The notes under the pieces are model-generated. The model did no database searches. It was not told the origin of the DNA and worked only from the letters and a program-made list of their open reading frames with translations. Shown here one piece after another: positions 49,498-64,000 of a DNA stretch of 64,000 nucleotides; the stretch's first letter is position 1, and every line of letters starts with the position of its first letter. This DNA is from Hyphochytrium catenoides. Lineage: Eukaryota; Protista; Hyphochytriomycota. A program made the position numbers and the translations under genes. The stretch lies in the NCBI GenBank assembly GCA_900088475.1, contig FLMG01003947.1, positions 1 through 64,000 of the forward strand, in the 5' to 3' direction.

Positions 49498-50231
49498 ATG
49501 GCAGACCATGAGGTAGATTATGAGCCTGAAGAGGCTGATATGCTGGATGAGGATGAGGACACCACAATGACCTCAAGACATGAGCGGAAGGATAGGAAAA
49601 GAACCAAAGGCCGCGGCAAGGCCGCCATGGATGATGATAGATATGCAGGAGAGTCAGGAAGGTTTGAGACCCTTAATGACGAAGAAGGAAGCACTACCGG
49701 ACCCCAAAGATGTAAGTACTCACAATGAGCACTCTCCTACCGACTGCTGAAAGGACTGCGTTCTTTGTTTTAGCTGTTGAGGGCTGGATAATTTTCATTA
49801 CCGGTGTCCATGAGGAGGCTCAAGAAGAGGACATTCTAGATGTGTGTGCAGACTACGGCGAGGTGAAGAATATCCACGTTAATCTGGACAGAAGAACAGG
49901 TTTCGTCAAGGTAGGAGAAGGCCAAATCCTAGCAAAACGCCTATTGTATCTCACCATCTCCGTCTCCAGGGTTATGCCCTGGTTGAATACGAGAAAAAGT
50001 CGGAGGCAGAGGCAGCAATGAGGGGTCTCAACAAGAAAGAGATTCTCGGACAGAAAGTCCATGCCAGCTGGGCGTTCCAGAAGCGTAAGTTCCCTGTCCC
50101 TTTGTTGCTGTTGCCTTGACCCTTCGAGCCTCTAGCGTCTAACTACATACACTCCTGTCCTACTTATAGAACCAGGACGAGGAGGTTCAGGTGCCAGGGG
50201 ATCTGGAGGAAGAGCGGCACGGCGACAGTAA
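49498..50231 (+). CDS. RBM8A: RNA-binding protein 8A / Y14 (exon junction complex), 4 exons
   Basis: KGRG..GPQR|[40 protein letters not shown]|[15 protein letters not shown]. Confidence 0.96.
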
Positions 50232-50848
50232 CTCTAACAGTGCTTTCAGCTAAATATCTGTAGTTTCCCTTATTCTGAGCTTGATAGCATCTGTCTTCCC
50301 ATCTCTCATTCTTTACAACTTGATAATACCGCAGACGTTACCCCTGGCAGCCATCTCAATAGAGCTTGTGCATAGAAAGGAGAGTCATCAACGCAGGGTA
50401 GCAGCCTTGGGACCTTCTAACGCTCCGTTCGGCAGAATCCTTTTCCCTCGACCCCCGCTCTCAGCTACCGGGGGCTGGCCCCGTATTGACCTGGGAAAGG
50501 CTCGTGCTTTGTTGCAGACCCTCTTCTCTGCCATTCTCACCGGAAAGACGCAAAGTATTTGTGCACTTGAGTCATTAGAGAGAGAGATAATCATGTGTCA
50601 GGATAGCACCACGGAAAACTACTTCCTGTGGGTGGCTTCACGGTATATATCAAGCTGTATGTTGGCTTGTGAGAGCTCCAAGGAGGTATCGGTCATGGCG
50701 ATATGTTTAATGCAGTAGGAAGGAAGAGGTGGATAGTAATGAGCGTCATACACTCTGCTAGCAACTCGCTGCTCTTGGAGCTTCTAAGGCACCCTTTAGA
50801 ATGTCATGGCCTAAATCCAACCCAGCGTTGACAGGAAAGTTTAGCTGC

Positions 50849-51649
50849 CTATCTGTCCTGCTTGGAGTATCGTTTTCTTCTAGTCACGAAGTCATCGAGT
50901 AGGTACTGCTTAACGGAAGTCTGTCTACAAGGCAAGGACTACGAAGTGGATGTATTGAATACTCAGCTACTTCGAAAAAAAAAAGCCTGCCGTAATGATT
51001 GATGCTCTGTTCTTTCAGGGATTGTTCATTGTTCTCCCGGCTGTGTTATGTGTTTACGAGGTGCCCCATCAGCCTCTTGCCGATTAGAGGATCAACCTTA
51101 ATAAGAGCTCTTGGCGAAGTAGACCCTTCCAACGATAAACGCTCATCAACCTTCAGGCGGCATACGATTCTCCTAAGTGCTTCTGCTATCCCTTACTGTA
51201 TCCGGACATAACAGCGTCTAACATAACAGTGCCTCCAGCTGGTCTTGACGAGTGAGCTTCATCTGGCGCTTCATCCAGCGACGCGGCAATTCTTAGTAAA
51301 AAAATCTACTTTTGTCTCTTTATCGCGCTCTGTGTCTGAACTCCAAAGACTTCTCTTCCCCACCACAAACCCAGCAACGGACATACCCACATACTATCGT
51401 GAGGATATAGAATTCCCTCGGCATTTACTTACAGTTAAAGAAGGGCTTTGGTGAAACCTCCTATGGGAATTACTTATTTGAGAATCTTGTTATCTTTGGC
51501 ACGTTTTTGACTGTTTGTAACTTCGTAGAGCACCAGCGCCGGAACTGAAAACTCAGCTCTTCTTGCCTTACTATAAAACACCGTGACCAGTTCCCATCCA
51601 TTGACAGAGAGAGCTGACAGCAGGGTTTGTTGGTCAGCTTGAAGGTCAT
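50849..51649 (-). CDS. Tentative small multi-exon gene with microexons, divergent from RER1
   Basis: Four strong minus-strand donors (GTAAGG, GTAAGT, GTATGT, GTAAGG) can be joined in frame through exons of 28, 7 and 21 nt: ..MDGNWSRCFI|EVSPKPFFNL|CG|RCYVRIQ|QTSVKQYLLDDF..*. No confident family. Confidence 0.3.
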
Positions 51650-51800
51650 CGGACGAAAGTATCAACGGCGGGCCCTGTACCGTGTGAGTGGGTAGTGCTA
51701 ACAGGGACTTCAGGGACACGACAGCCTTGAGGGAGAAGATATCTGAGCAGCACTAGTCCCGGCGTCTCTGTGAAGTCGGGTCAAAGCGACCTACGCAACG

Positions 51801-52862
51801 ATGATGCAAGACACCCAACTCAGTGAGCCCACCTTCTTGGAGCGCGTCCGAGTCTCTGTCGGAAGGTCAGTAATATATTTTCAGAGATATTGTGGGGGCA
51901 TTGCCTCATTTTGCTACGTCTGCAGGAAGTGGCAGCACCTGCTTGACCGTTCGACAGTCCATCTCAAGGCACGATGGCTTGTAACTGGTTTGCTTCTCTC
52001 CCTATACCTCGTTCGAGTGTATCTCCTTCAAGGCTGGTATATAGTGACTTATGGGTTGGGCATCTACATTCTTAACCTCTTGATAGGCTTCCTGTCGCCA
52101 CAGGTAAGATAACAGCGCGCCCCGCCTGCGAAAGTTAGGGAAGGAAGGGACTAAGTAAGGTGAAAGGGTGAGGGAGAAAACGAAACGAAGAGGGTAAGGG
52201 CCTGAAAGGTAAGCTAAGTTGGAGGATATCAGGGAAGGATGTCTTTGGCCAAGGCCCTGGTGCGCCTAAAAGAGTACAATGCTGGTACAATGCTGAGATA
52301 TGACTCTTTCAAGGACCTCCATGGTGGCGATTGAGGGTAAGGGGCAAGATAATTGATATTGACGCCTGGCCTACCGTGGACTTATAGGTAGACCCGGAGA
52401 CCGAAGGGCCAATTCTTCCATCCTCTTCCAGCGAGGAGTTCCGGCCTTTCAGCAGACGTGTCCCAGAGTTCAAGTTCTGGTAAGAGCTCTATCTTTGAAG
52501 TCTCCTGGCCTTGTGGTGGACACTTCCTATCTCTTGACATATTTGCATCTATAAGTCCACGGTAGGCCAGGCGTCAATATCAATATCTTGCCCCTTACCC
52601 TCAATCGTCACCATGGAGGTCCTCGTTGACTAACTGACTTCATATCTATCTCTTTAGGTACGCAAATACACGGGCAATAGTCATCGCGCTGTTCATGACT
52701 TTCTTCGAGTTCTTCAACATCCCAGTCTTCTGGCCCATCCTCCTGATCTACTTTATCATCCTCTTTGTCCTCACCATGAAGAGGCAAATCAAGCATATGT
52801 GGAAGCACAACTACGTACCTTGGTCTGTAGGGAAGAAAACTTATCAAAAGAGTGCAAAGTAA
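51801..52862 (+). CDS. RER1: RER1 ER-retrieval receptor, 4 exons
   Basis: [36 protein letters not shown]|[19 protein letters not shown]|..[31 protein letters not shown]. Confidence 0.96.
52312..52623 (+). repeat. ~76-bp inverted repeat (arms 52312-52387 and 52549-52623) in the introns flanking RER1 exon 3
   Basis: The arms are reverse complements apart from one G/A difference (G-U pair in RNA) and a 1-nt indel. Confidence 0.95.
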
Positions 52863-53850
52863 AAGCGAGCAAAAAGAAGATACCTTCTTCGACTACGAGA
52901 AACAGAAAAATAAGAGCGCCCAGTATTACACCTTCCGTTCTCTTAGCCTTAAGGAACACGCGCGATGTGAACCTATCGCCATGTCGCCCATATCCATGTA
53001 CATATATCGTGCATGAAGAGGGGAACCACAAATAAAGACTTCCCCTTTTAAAGTCTGTTTCTAGCAGTCCTGCCCTCGGCCTCAAGTGGGCTGGCAGTGA
53101 TTAAAACTGAGAGAGTGTAAACCATGGTCAGCGACAGGCTGTTCCAAGTGACCGTACGCTTCTAGTTCACATATCTCGGCGGGATGATCTTGAGCGGATG
53201 GAGGTTGAAGAGCGAGAAAATAGATGACTAGGACCCTGATTGCCCTCCTGGCAAGGCCAGCGCTCTGATTGACTCAGCAAGGAGACGAGCAGCACACCTA
53301 CTACACCGGAAATCGAGGTCTCAGCTTCGCCACGTTATGGATCCTCTATCTGCTTGTCCCTTCTCTTGATGAGGAAGGCCAATGTGTGCGGCAAACTCTA
53401 GTACTTCTGCAGTGTGAACTTTCGCATATGAGAAATGGGGACACACCTTTTGCCTTGAAAGAACAAGGCACTTAGCCCAAGATAGCGGATATGATATGTC
53501 TGTCTCTTCTTTATACATTGCTAATATCCTGACCATAGCTACAATATGTAAGAGAAAGAGTCTATAACGCTATAAACAGAGTACCTATGGACTGCCTCCA
53601 GTTATCTACAGATTAAGTACAAGGGGAATCATAAAACGGCTCTCAAGAGACTTAGCCCTCAGAAGCCAACCCACAGGGCCGATGAAGGAAGACAGGCAAA
53701 GAGTCTGACAGAGAGAGAAGTGAAGTGAAGGTATTTGAGGAAGCGGGAGGTGCATCGACAAGCTACAATAGAAAGCGCCAGTGGAAACAGGCGGTGAAGA
53801 CAAGTTTGCCTAGAAAGATGAGCCAGAAGAGTTCCAACCTTGGCGCCCAT

Positions 53851-54822
53851 CTAGCAAATGTGGACCACAGGGCTTTCGTTGAAGTGCACATGCTTCCCAG
53901 AAGTGGCAGACTCACTGCAGCTCTTCTTCAATCTGTGCATGGAAGAGCCCTGGAACTCTTCCGGAATTCTTCTGTACGCAGCTTCCAGTTTCATCTTTAG
54001 ATTTATCGTTCCTGTCCTCTGTCTGAGCTGGTCAATCTTGCTTGCTATCGCATCTCTAGAGCGGTCTCCAGAGGACTGCCCGACGACTGGTTTATCGATT
54101 ACCACGGCTTTGAAAGTAGATGCTACTCGAGGTGAGTCTTCTTCATCTTCATCCATCGACAAAGTCCTCGACTCAAGAGGGGGAGCACTTCCATTCTCCA
54201 ATCCGTCCTCACCTTGCGGGAGTCTTTCCATCTCTTGCTGGCGCTTTTGAAGCCTGATCTCCTCCTGTGCCCTAGCTCTCCTTACGGTTTCCGTCCAGTT
54301 CATTCTAGGCTCCTTTGTCCTTTCCTCTTGAGCCGCATTCACAGGTCCTGGGCAAGTGCTTGCCCGACGGTCTCGGCTGACAGCAGGCGACTGCCCTGCC
54401 GGGCTCATCGTTCCTATCTTATCTCCGCTAGAGTTGCGCCGCCTCCGGCGAGGGTCTTCCACCCCTATCTTTGCCCTAAGAGATGCAAGCCTAGCCTTCA
54501 CCTCCGACTGGTCTAGTTGCATGCAAGGCTCAGACATTGTCCTCTGCTGCAATCCCCCCGTCATGGATGATTGGGGATCTGGCTCCGAGTGTTGTCTATC
54601 TATAGAGTTTGCGAGTTTAGGATCACGTCGGTGCCTTGAGCGTTGCTCCTCGTACGGCCCTCTTTGCGACTTCTTCTCTCTGTGTGCTTGTTCATTGGGC
54701 CGATACTGTTGATCAGGATAATAATGGGCAGGGTATCGCGACGCACTCATACCACTGGGCTGCGTCCATGGCACTTCCGCTTGAGCAGCAGCTTTTTTCT
54801 TGGGAAAGAGCTTGTTAAACAT
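53851..54822 (-). CDS. Hypothetical 323-aa disordered protein with C-terminal RVxF-like motif; single exon
   Basis: Long ATG-initiated ORF, charged and low-complexity, ending GKHVHFNESPVVHIC*. Confidence 0.7.
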   Translation of the reverse strand: MFNKLFPKKKAAAQAEVPWTQPSGMSASRYPAHYYPDQQYRPNEQAHREKKSQRGPYEEQRSRHRRDPKLANSIDRQHSEPDPQSSMTGGLQQRTMSEPCMQLDQSEVKARLASLRAKIGVEDPRRRRRNSSGDKIGTMSPAGQSPAVSRDRRASTCPGPVNAAQEERTKEPRMNWTETVRRARAQEEIRLQKRQQEMERLPQGEDGLENGSAPPLESRTLSMDEDEEDSPRVASTFKAVVIDKPVVGQSSGDRSRDAIASKIDQLRQRTGTINLKMKLEAAYRRIPEEFQGSSMHRLKKSCSESATSGKHVHFNESPVVHIC

Positions 54823-57800
54823 CTTAATGTCTGTTTATCCCATGCAGACGTCCCCAGGGCAGATTGTCTTTCCTTCGCTAAGGTCAAAGGATATTCAAAG
54901 CAGCGAGCTGTTTCGCTGGCACGTTTTCCAAAGCTCGACTAATTGCAGACTGAATCTAGTCTTCAGAGCTGGCTTGCTGGCCCAACAGAGGAAGGCAAAG
55001 CGAGCCTGAGTTTCTGACAGCAGCAGGTGGATCAGGGAAGTAGACCAATGGAGAGCCTTCTGCTTATAGGCGCACACCAAACATCAGAAGTCTTGTGAGC
55101 AGTTTGGACGGGTAACAAAGCTCAACTTGTGATCCGGCAAGCGAGTGTGCAGAGACCTTGAGCTCTGTTATTACAGCGTCACTCCATCCCCTTACTTGGT
55201 CCTCTCTCTCCTCTTGTCTCTCTTGTCCTTGTAGTTCCTTCATTATAGCATTTTCCTAACCTGTCGAATATCTCTCGCTCTCTCTGTCTCACTCGCAATC
55301 TCACTCTTTCTCGAATCTTAGTCCTCCATGTTTCTGTCTCTCACTGGCATCACTTTGGCCCCGCTCTGTCTGACTGACACTGATCAGTTCTTATCCCCTG
55401 TTATTATCTAGGGGAAGCGATTTAGCGTGACGGACAGGCTGGTGAAATGCAAGGGAAAACAAGGAGGAGAACAGCAAGCAGACATTGTGCACAATGTCTG
55501 CCTTCGGCTGATCAAGTCCTATTCCGGCTATCACTAGATCCACACAGTAACTAACGCCAATAGGCATTAACCCTTCTAATAATTCGCCGCTCCCGGGGTA
55601 GGTCTGGCAATACAGTAACTGTGGGCTATGGACAAGCAGATTTGAGGGTATCCTTGGTAACCCTTGGTACGACAGCAGGAAGTAGAACTGCCGCCCAACC
55701 CACTCGTCTATGGACCTGCTTCTTGCTATGCATATCTCCTTCACCCTTCTTTTTCGTTTCGGTAGCTGTCTTTTCTTCCTACATTCTCCTACTTTTCTTG
55801 ACGCTCTGTCTCTTTATTGGTCCGTTTCTGTGGAAATATCAGGAAAGTGCCTTGTTTTCTTGCCTACTAAAACCCTCCCCTGCTGATGACAGGGCGGACA
55901 ATGGAGGGGAATCCTTCCCTCTTCGTAATACCCACAACAACAGTCACAGTCTCCATATATTTTCGTAATAATCTTTTAGACTGAAGAACACCTTGCTACC
56001 CATTATAAGTCATTAGTATTGCTGCGAAATCCTCCTGAGACTGTAGCAAGCCCCTTAGTATGACTGCCCCTAAATCGTCGCAACTAAACTGAAAGGAAGA
56101 AGATGTATCCATCAGTCCATCATCAGATCGGACCTCTCTTATACTCTAAAGGGCTTTGGATGTAAAACGGTAGTTCTCTCACGCCTTGATAAGGTATCGC
56201 AGCTGCAGTTGGCCTTCTTTTATTATGAAGCTTGGTCATTATTAGAGTTCTACGTCGCTCTCTATAAAGAACAAGAATGCATGTAGAACTAGCTGAAGCA
56301 GGTCCAGCACTCCTTGGTACCTTGACCAAACGAGGGTTCGATAAGAACTAGAATGTACCTGTAGGTCTACAAGCTTGCAGGAAGGACACAGGACTTTCGA
56401 CCCGATCCTCTCAACAGGTAGTTCTATAACAGTTTGCAAAGCGGTCCGAGCAGATCAGCAGAGGCTGTCTCATTGGACCGAAGCTCCCGCAGCAAGCGAG
56501 TCCCATTCAATTGTCAATCAACACGGCCTCCGTCTTACCTTTTATAATTCTACCATCATGCCGCCCGTGTGCCCGACACCTGCAACCGCCTCTATCGTTT
56601 GTTCATCTATTTGCGCGATTTCTCACTTGACGGCAAGGTGACCGTTTGACAAGAATCAGGATTACTTGTTCCTGGTATTGGGGTCACTAGCGTACTCAGA
56701 AGTTGCTCGATATGGACCTATTCAGGCCGCTGTAAGAGACTAGGGTTGTAGACTAAGCGCCATTAAGCTATTACTGCTTCTGATAAGCTCATCCAGACGC
56801 AGCGGGCACAGGGATGGTAGTCATGTGTGCCAACAACATGTGCTGCGTGCTTTCTCTATGAAGGTCCAGCGATCCAGGTCATAAACGTCACCCTCACCTT
56901 TTAGTCCAAACGTAGTCCTCCTTACTGCCCACTATGCCCTTGCTACTGTCGCTACACTGGGGAAAGGCCCACCACAGTACATCCCGAACTGGAAGGGCGA
57001 TAGTTCAGTTGTGCTACTGTCAGGGTTATCGGCCCGGCACAGTATGCCTTTAACCCACATGTCTGATGCAGCAGCCTCCACGAACAGTGTAATCGGGAAA
57101 CCCTACGTCATTGCTGTGTCTTCAAGTGTTGCTTGAAGGAATAGCAGCCCTATCATCTACAGAGCTCATTTATCTGACTATCCTCCTCTCCGAAGCAATC
57201 GTTATAGTGAGCCCGTTTAAAGAGAAAACCCTAGATCGTCTGACCCCGAAGGAGGAGATGGTAGGGGCTTCCAATTAGCAGGGCAGCCCATAAGGCCATT
57301 CTTGCCATTTCGATAGGACGTTCTCCTCCTGATTAGGTCCATCAACTCTAAACTATAGTCGGTTTGGTTGATCGACTTCAGACCTAATAATGAAGGCTAG
57401 GGTTACAAAAGATTACCCATCATCTTGGGCTGTTGGCTACCAATGATGGAGGAGAAGTACCCATGGTGAAGACGACCACAGATCCCGTTCCTTTTCTAAA
57501 GCCTGCTACGACGCTTCATTGATCTTCGGGTGGGTCATTCGTCACCCTTTAGTATAGTTGCTGCAAAGGACATTGGCTCTGCAGCCATCCCAAGTGACGA
57601 ATCGGGCTCGGAGAGGAGGTAGTTGGCGTCCGAAACGCTCGATGATGATAGTACAGGGTAATGACATCACCTGCATGGATGATGAAGGTTCTGAAGAACC
57701 GCTTTTAGGGTAGCTGGCCAACCCATCGGATCAGGGGTTGCTTCTAGCCTCTCGCATTAGCTGCTTGCAAAAGAAGGCACTATGTGGTCGTGGCTTCAAT

Positions 57801-57850
57801 AAATCAGTGGTCCTCATCCTTGGCCGCCTGAACCGCCGCTTGTCGTTACG

Positions 57851-58189
57851 TTACCTCGGCCAGTAAAGCATGGTCAAGACTCCCATTAGCGCTATGGCGC
57901 CACCAACAACGTCACCAACATCAGGACGAGTGCCGTCGAAGCCCCAACCCCATAAGAGACTAAGAACAATGAAATAGCCTCCATACACGGCGTAAAGCCT
58001 GCCAAAGGAGGCTTCTTGGAGAGTCTGGACCCAGCCATAAGCAATGAGCGCTAAGGAGCCGATGAGGCCAAGGTACCGGTAGTGAGTCCCGCGCTTAGCG
58101 TTGACCCAGACGCCGTAGCCACCGCCTATCTCTAAAGCCCCAGCCAAGATAAACAGGGCAGTCTGCTTCAAAACATCTTGTGCTGTCAT
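57851..58189 (-). CDS. ynfA: YnfA / UPF0060 small membrane protein (SMR-related); single exon
   Basis: LFILAGALEIGGGYGVW...FGRLYAVYGGYFIVLSLLWGWGFDGTRPDVGDVVG...YWPR matches the YnfA consensus (AA..EIGG.Y..W; GR.YAAYGG; W....DG.RP...D). Confidence 0.92.
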   Translation of the reverse strand: MTAQDVLKQTALFILAGALEIGGGYGVWVNAKRGTHYRYLGLIGSLALIAYGWVQTLQEASFGRLYAVYGGYFIVLSLLWGWGFDGTRPDVGDVVGGAIALMGVLTMLYWPR

Positions 58190-59058
58190 GACTGCTTGAT
58201 GGACCTAAACTAAAGAAGATGTCAGTTCATCGCAGGTGCAATGAGACGACTAACGGTATATGATGCGGCAAGCACTTGCCCCTCAACAGCACCGGCTTGA
58301 CCAGCCGCCTTCAAGTTGAAGCTGCTTATTGTGAGCTGACCACGCTGTCAAACAGACAGTGCAAGCGACCGATAATCTCCTCACCGACAGCTCAGCATCG
58401 ACTAAGAAACTTCATAATAACAAGAGGAGGATGGCTTGAGGTCTTCAGAAAGGCGGTGTCGCGTGTCGGAGACATGCATTGAAAGAATTCCAATCCTTCA
58501 AAAGAAAGGATACGGCCAGCTCTATGATAACAATGTAGCGAAACATTGGGACCTTTGAGCTGAAAGTTACCTCACAAGGTGAAAGCAGAAAGCCAGAGGA
58601 AGAGACGAGGACGCCCAAAAAATATCTTCATATCGCTTGCCATCAGCTCGTCAGTCAAGCTCCTGGTGTGTCTGTCTGTTGGACGGGACGTTATTAGCCG
58701 GTCATGCAGAGGCCGATCAGTCACGCTGTGGCACCCGTAATGTCCGTGGCTTCAGGAGCAAACCTCACGGAAGCAGCAAGGGTGTGGAGCTTATAGGTGG
58801 CTCATGCTGGTCTCTATGTCTCGACCCTTCTCCAGATTCAACTCGTCTAGTTAGCTGGGACGTTCGCCACTTCTATTAGACATGGGAAGAACTCAACGTG
58901 CAGCCAAGGAACTTGGCAGCCCGAATCATCACGACTAGTCTTGGAGCGTCAACCTTAGGACTCTGCTGAGTTCCATTGTCAGAACCTAGCGAACTCAGCT
59001 CCTTCGCGTGTGGAGGACGACCTGCGGCCACAAAGAAGGAAGCAGAAGGCAACTAAAG

Positions 59059-60153
59059 ATGGAGATCCTGTGCTCCACCTTCAACAATGTTTACAACGTA
59101 CTAGAGAGTCATCGGAACCTCATCAATGGGCTGCACTTTGTCTCCGGTAGCAATCTCTCAGACTCTATTGTCTCGGCAAGGCGATCGCTGCAGCAGTTTG
59201 ATGTGGAGGAGGAGCTGACGATGGAGATGGCCTCAGAGGGCAAAGGGGTAAGCTGCAGCTACTACTTACAGAGCGAGGAGGATGACGATAGTGATCTGTC
59301 TCCGTCTTCCACATGCTCTGAAGGCGCTAAGAGCAGCGGCATAGCGGTGGATGACGAGATGAGAACTCAAGTCGCGATGAACTTGGATATGTATAGGGAG
59401 ATTACATCTGAGTACGAGAAAGAGCTGGCCAAACTTGTCAGAAGAATCAGCAGTGATGCAGACGAGATAGGGTTGTCCAACGACTCAGAATGGTGTCAGG
59501 CAGTGGCAAGAGCAGCCCTCACAGAGAACATTGACAGTCAGGAGGGAGCGAGAACTGCTAGAGAGATGGAAGAAGAGATGAAGGAGGAGGTTTGGCGCTT
59601 TAGAAGGGCGCGGCCGGGTACCGCGGCACTCGCACTCTCTCATGTTGTTAGACTCATCCGCCTCCTTCGTTGCCATCGCAGCGTTCTTCAGAAAGAGCTA
59701 ATATCAGTGCGCACCCAGAAGTGGAGAATTGAGGACGTTATGACTGCAGAAGAAGGCAAAGGCCTAAAAAAAAAACTATTTATCCGAAAGACTAAGAAAA
59801 GAGAGCGAAAGAAGGCTGTAGAAGAGAGGTTGCAGCTACTGAGGAGGCTGGAGAAGACTGACGAGATCCTTACGTCCATGGAGAAGGAGACCGACCAACA
59901 GCTGCTCTGCACATATAACGCTATCTACGAGCACATCCAACTGCTCAAGAGGCTAGGAAAGGGCTCTTCGTTTGACCTCTCCCTCTTGGGCATCAAAGAG
60001 AGCACTCCCACACGGTTGGAACTACTGGAAGAGGAACAGCCCATCACGGACCGCGTGACGTTCAAAAGCCAGCCGCTGCGGCCGGTGAAGATTATCGTAC
60101 ACTCGCCAGATATCCAACCAATTCCCTTGCAGCCTCCCAGTTGCACACGTTAA
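59059..60153 (+). CDS. Hypothetical coiled-coil protein with basic NLS-like stretch; single exon
   Basis: ORF of 364 aa from ATG 59059; helical and charged, with KKKLFIRKTKKRERKK. Confidence 0.7.
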   Translation: MEILCSTFNNVYNVLESHRNLINGLHFVSGSNLSDSIVSARRSLQQFDVEEELTMEMASEGKGVSCSYYLQSEEDDDSDLSPSSTCSEGAKSSGIAVDDEMRTQVAMNLDMYREITSEYEKELAKLVRRISSDADEIGLSNDSEWCQAVARAALTENIDSQEGARTAREMEEEMKEEVWRFRRARPGTAALALSHVVRLIRLLRCHRSVLQKELISVRTQKWRIEDVMTAEEGKGLKKKLFIRKTKKRERKKAVEERLQLLRRLEKTDEILTSMEKETDQQLLCTYNAIYEHIQLLKRLGKGSSFDLSLLGIKESTPTRLELLEEEQPITDRVTFKSQPLRPVKIIVHSPDIQPIPLQPPSCTR

Positions 60154-60595
60154 GAACGATGTCCCACCTACCCCTTTTCCGAAAACATATATCTCTTCCT
60201 TGTGGCCTCTTCCACTATTACTTCTAGATCATGCCGGGAGTCTCCAGAACGGCAAGAACTCTTCCTTTCTCTATTATATCAGGAGCCTCTTTGTCAGGGA
60301 ACGACGGTTGCTCTCATTTCCCTCCTTGGATGCAAGGGTCTGGCCTTTGACGGAGCCCCGTAAGTATCCTATTTTATAAAAGCTAGTAATACATCAACCA
60401 GATTATTCAGTGAACAGCCTTAAGGACTGAAACACACTGGAAGCCGGAAGAGACTGGAGCAGTGTGATATCACTGCCGCATGGCTGCGCGGTCCCTTCCT
60501 ACATCCTAGCCTTCCTCGGAAAGAGGAAGGTGATAAATAGATAAGCGCCCATCTACACGGCCCTGTATGTTGTCTAAGACATGCAGGCTATTCAT

Positions 60596-64000
<3,405 letters not shown>

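Overview
Intron-rich eukaryotic nuclear DNA from a draft assembly (three N gaps: 7101-7151, 20522-20586, 39928-40213), roughly 50% GC, with GT-AG introns and many GA/CT microsatellites. The gene set points to a protist rather than an animal or fungus; a SAR or similar lineage is an inference. About 21 protein-coding loci can be reconstructed by hand: SHAQKYF-type MYB, ABHD13, DUF2062, L2HGDH, NAXD, TTC4/Cns1 with a MYND finger, a TPPP/p25alpha-like protein, a RING-PX sorting nexin, RMI1, BET1, an EF-hand PPP phosphatase, a CDP-alcohol phosphotransferase, a HAD hydrolase, Aurora kinase, RBM8A/Y14, RER1, YnfA, the 3' part of an AAA ATPase, and several orphans. I saw no rRNA, tRNA, CRISPR array or intact transposon. 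Highlights: (1) a near-perfect ~76-bp inverted repeat that encloses one RER1 exon and covers its 3' splice site; (2) two metabolite-repair genes (L2HGDH and NAXD) head-to-head, with NAXD ending in a PTS1-like SKM and having an in-frame hydrophobic upstream exon with no AUG; (3) a permuted p25alpha protein; (4) a HAD hydrolase loaded with CDK/KEN/RVSF motifs divergent from Aurora kinase; (5) intronless bacterial-type genes (YnfA, CDP-alcohol phosphotransferase). All spliced models are manual, from GT/AG sites and protein motifs, and family calls come from motif recognition, not database searches.
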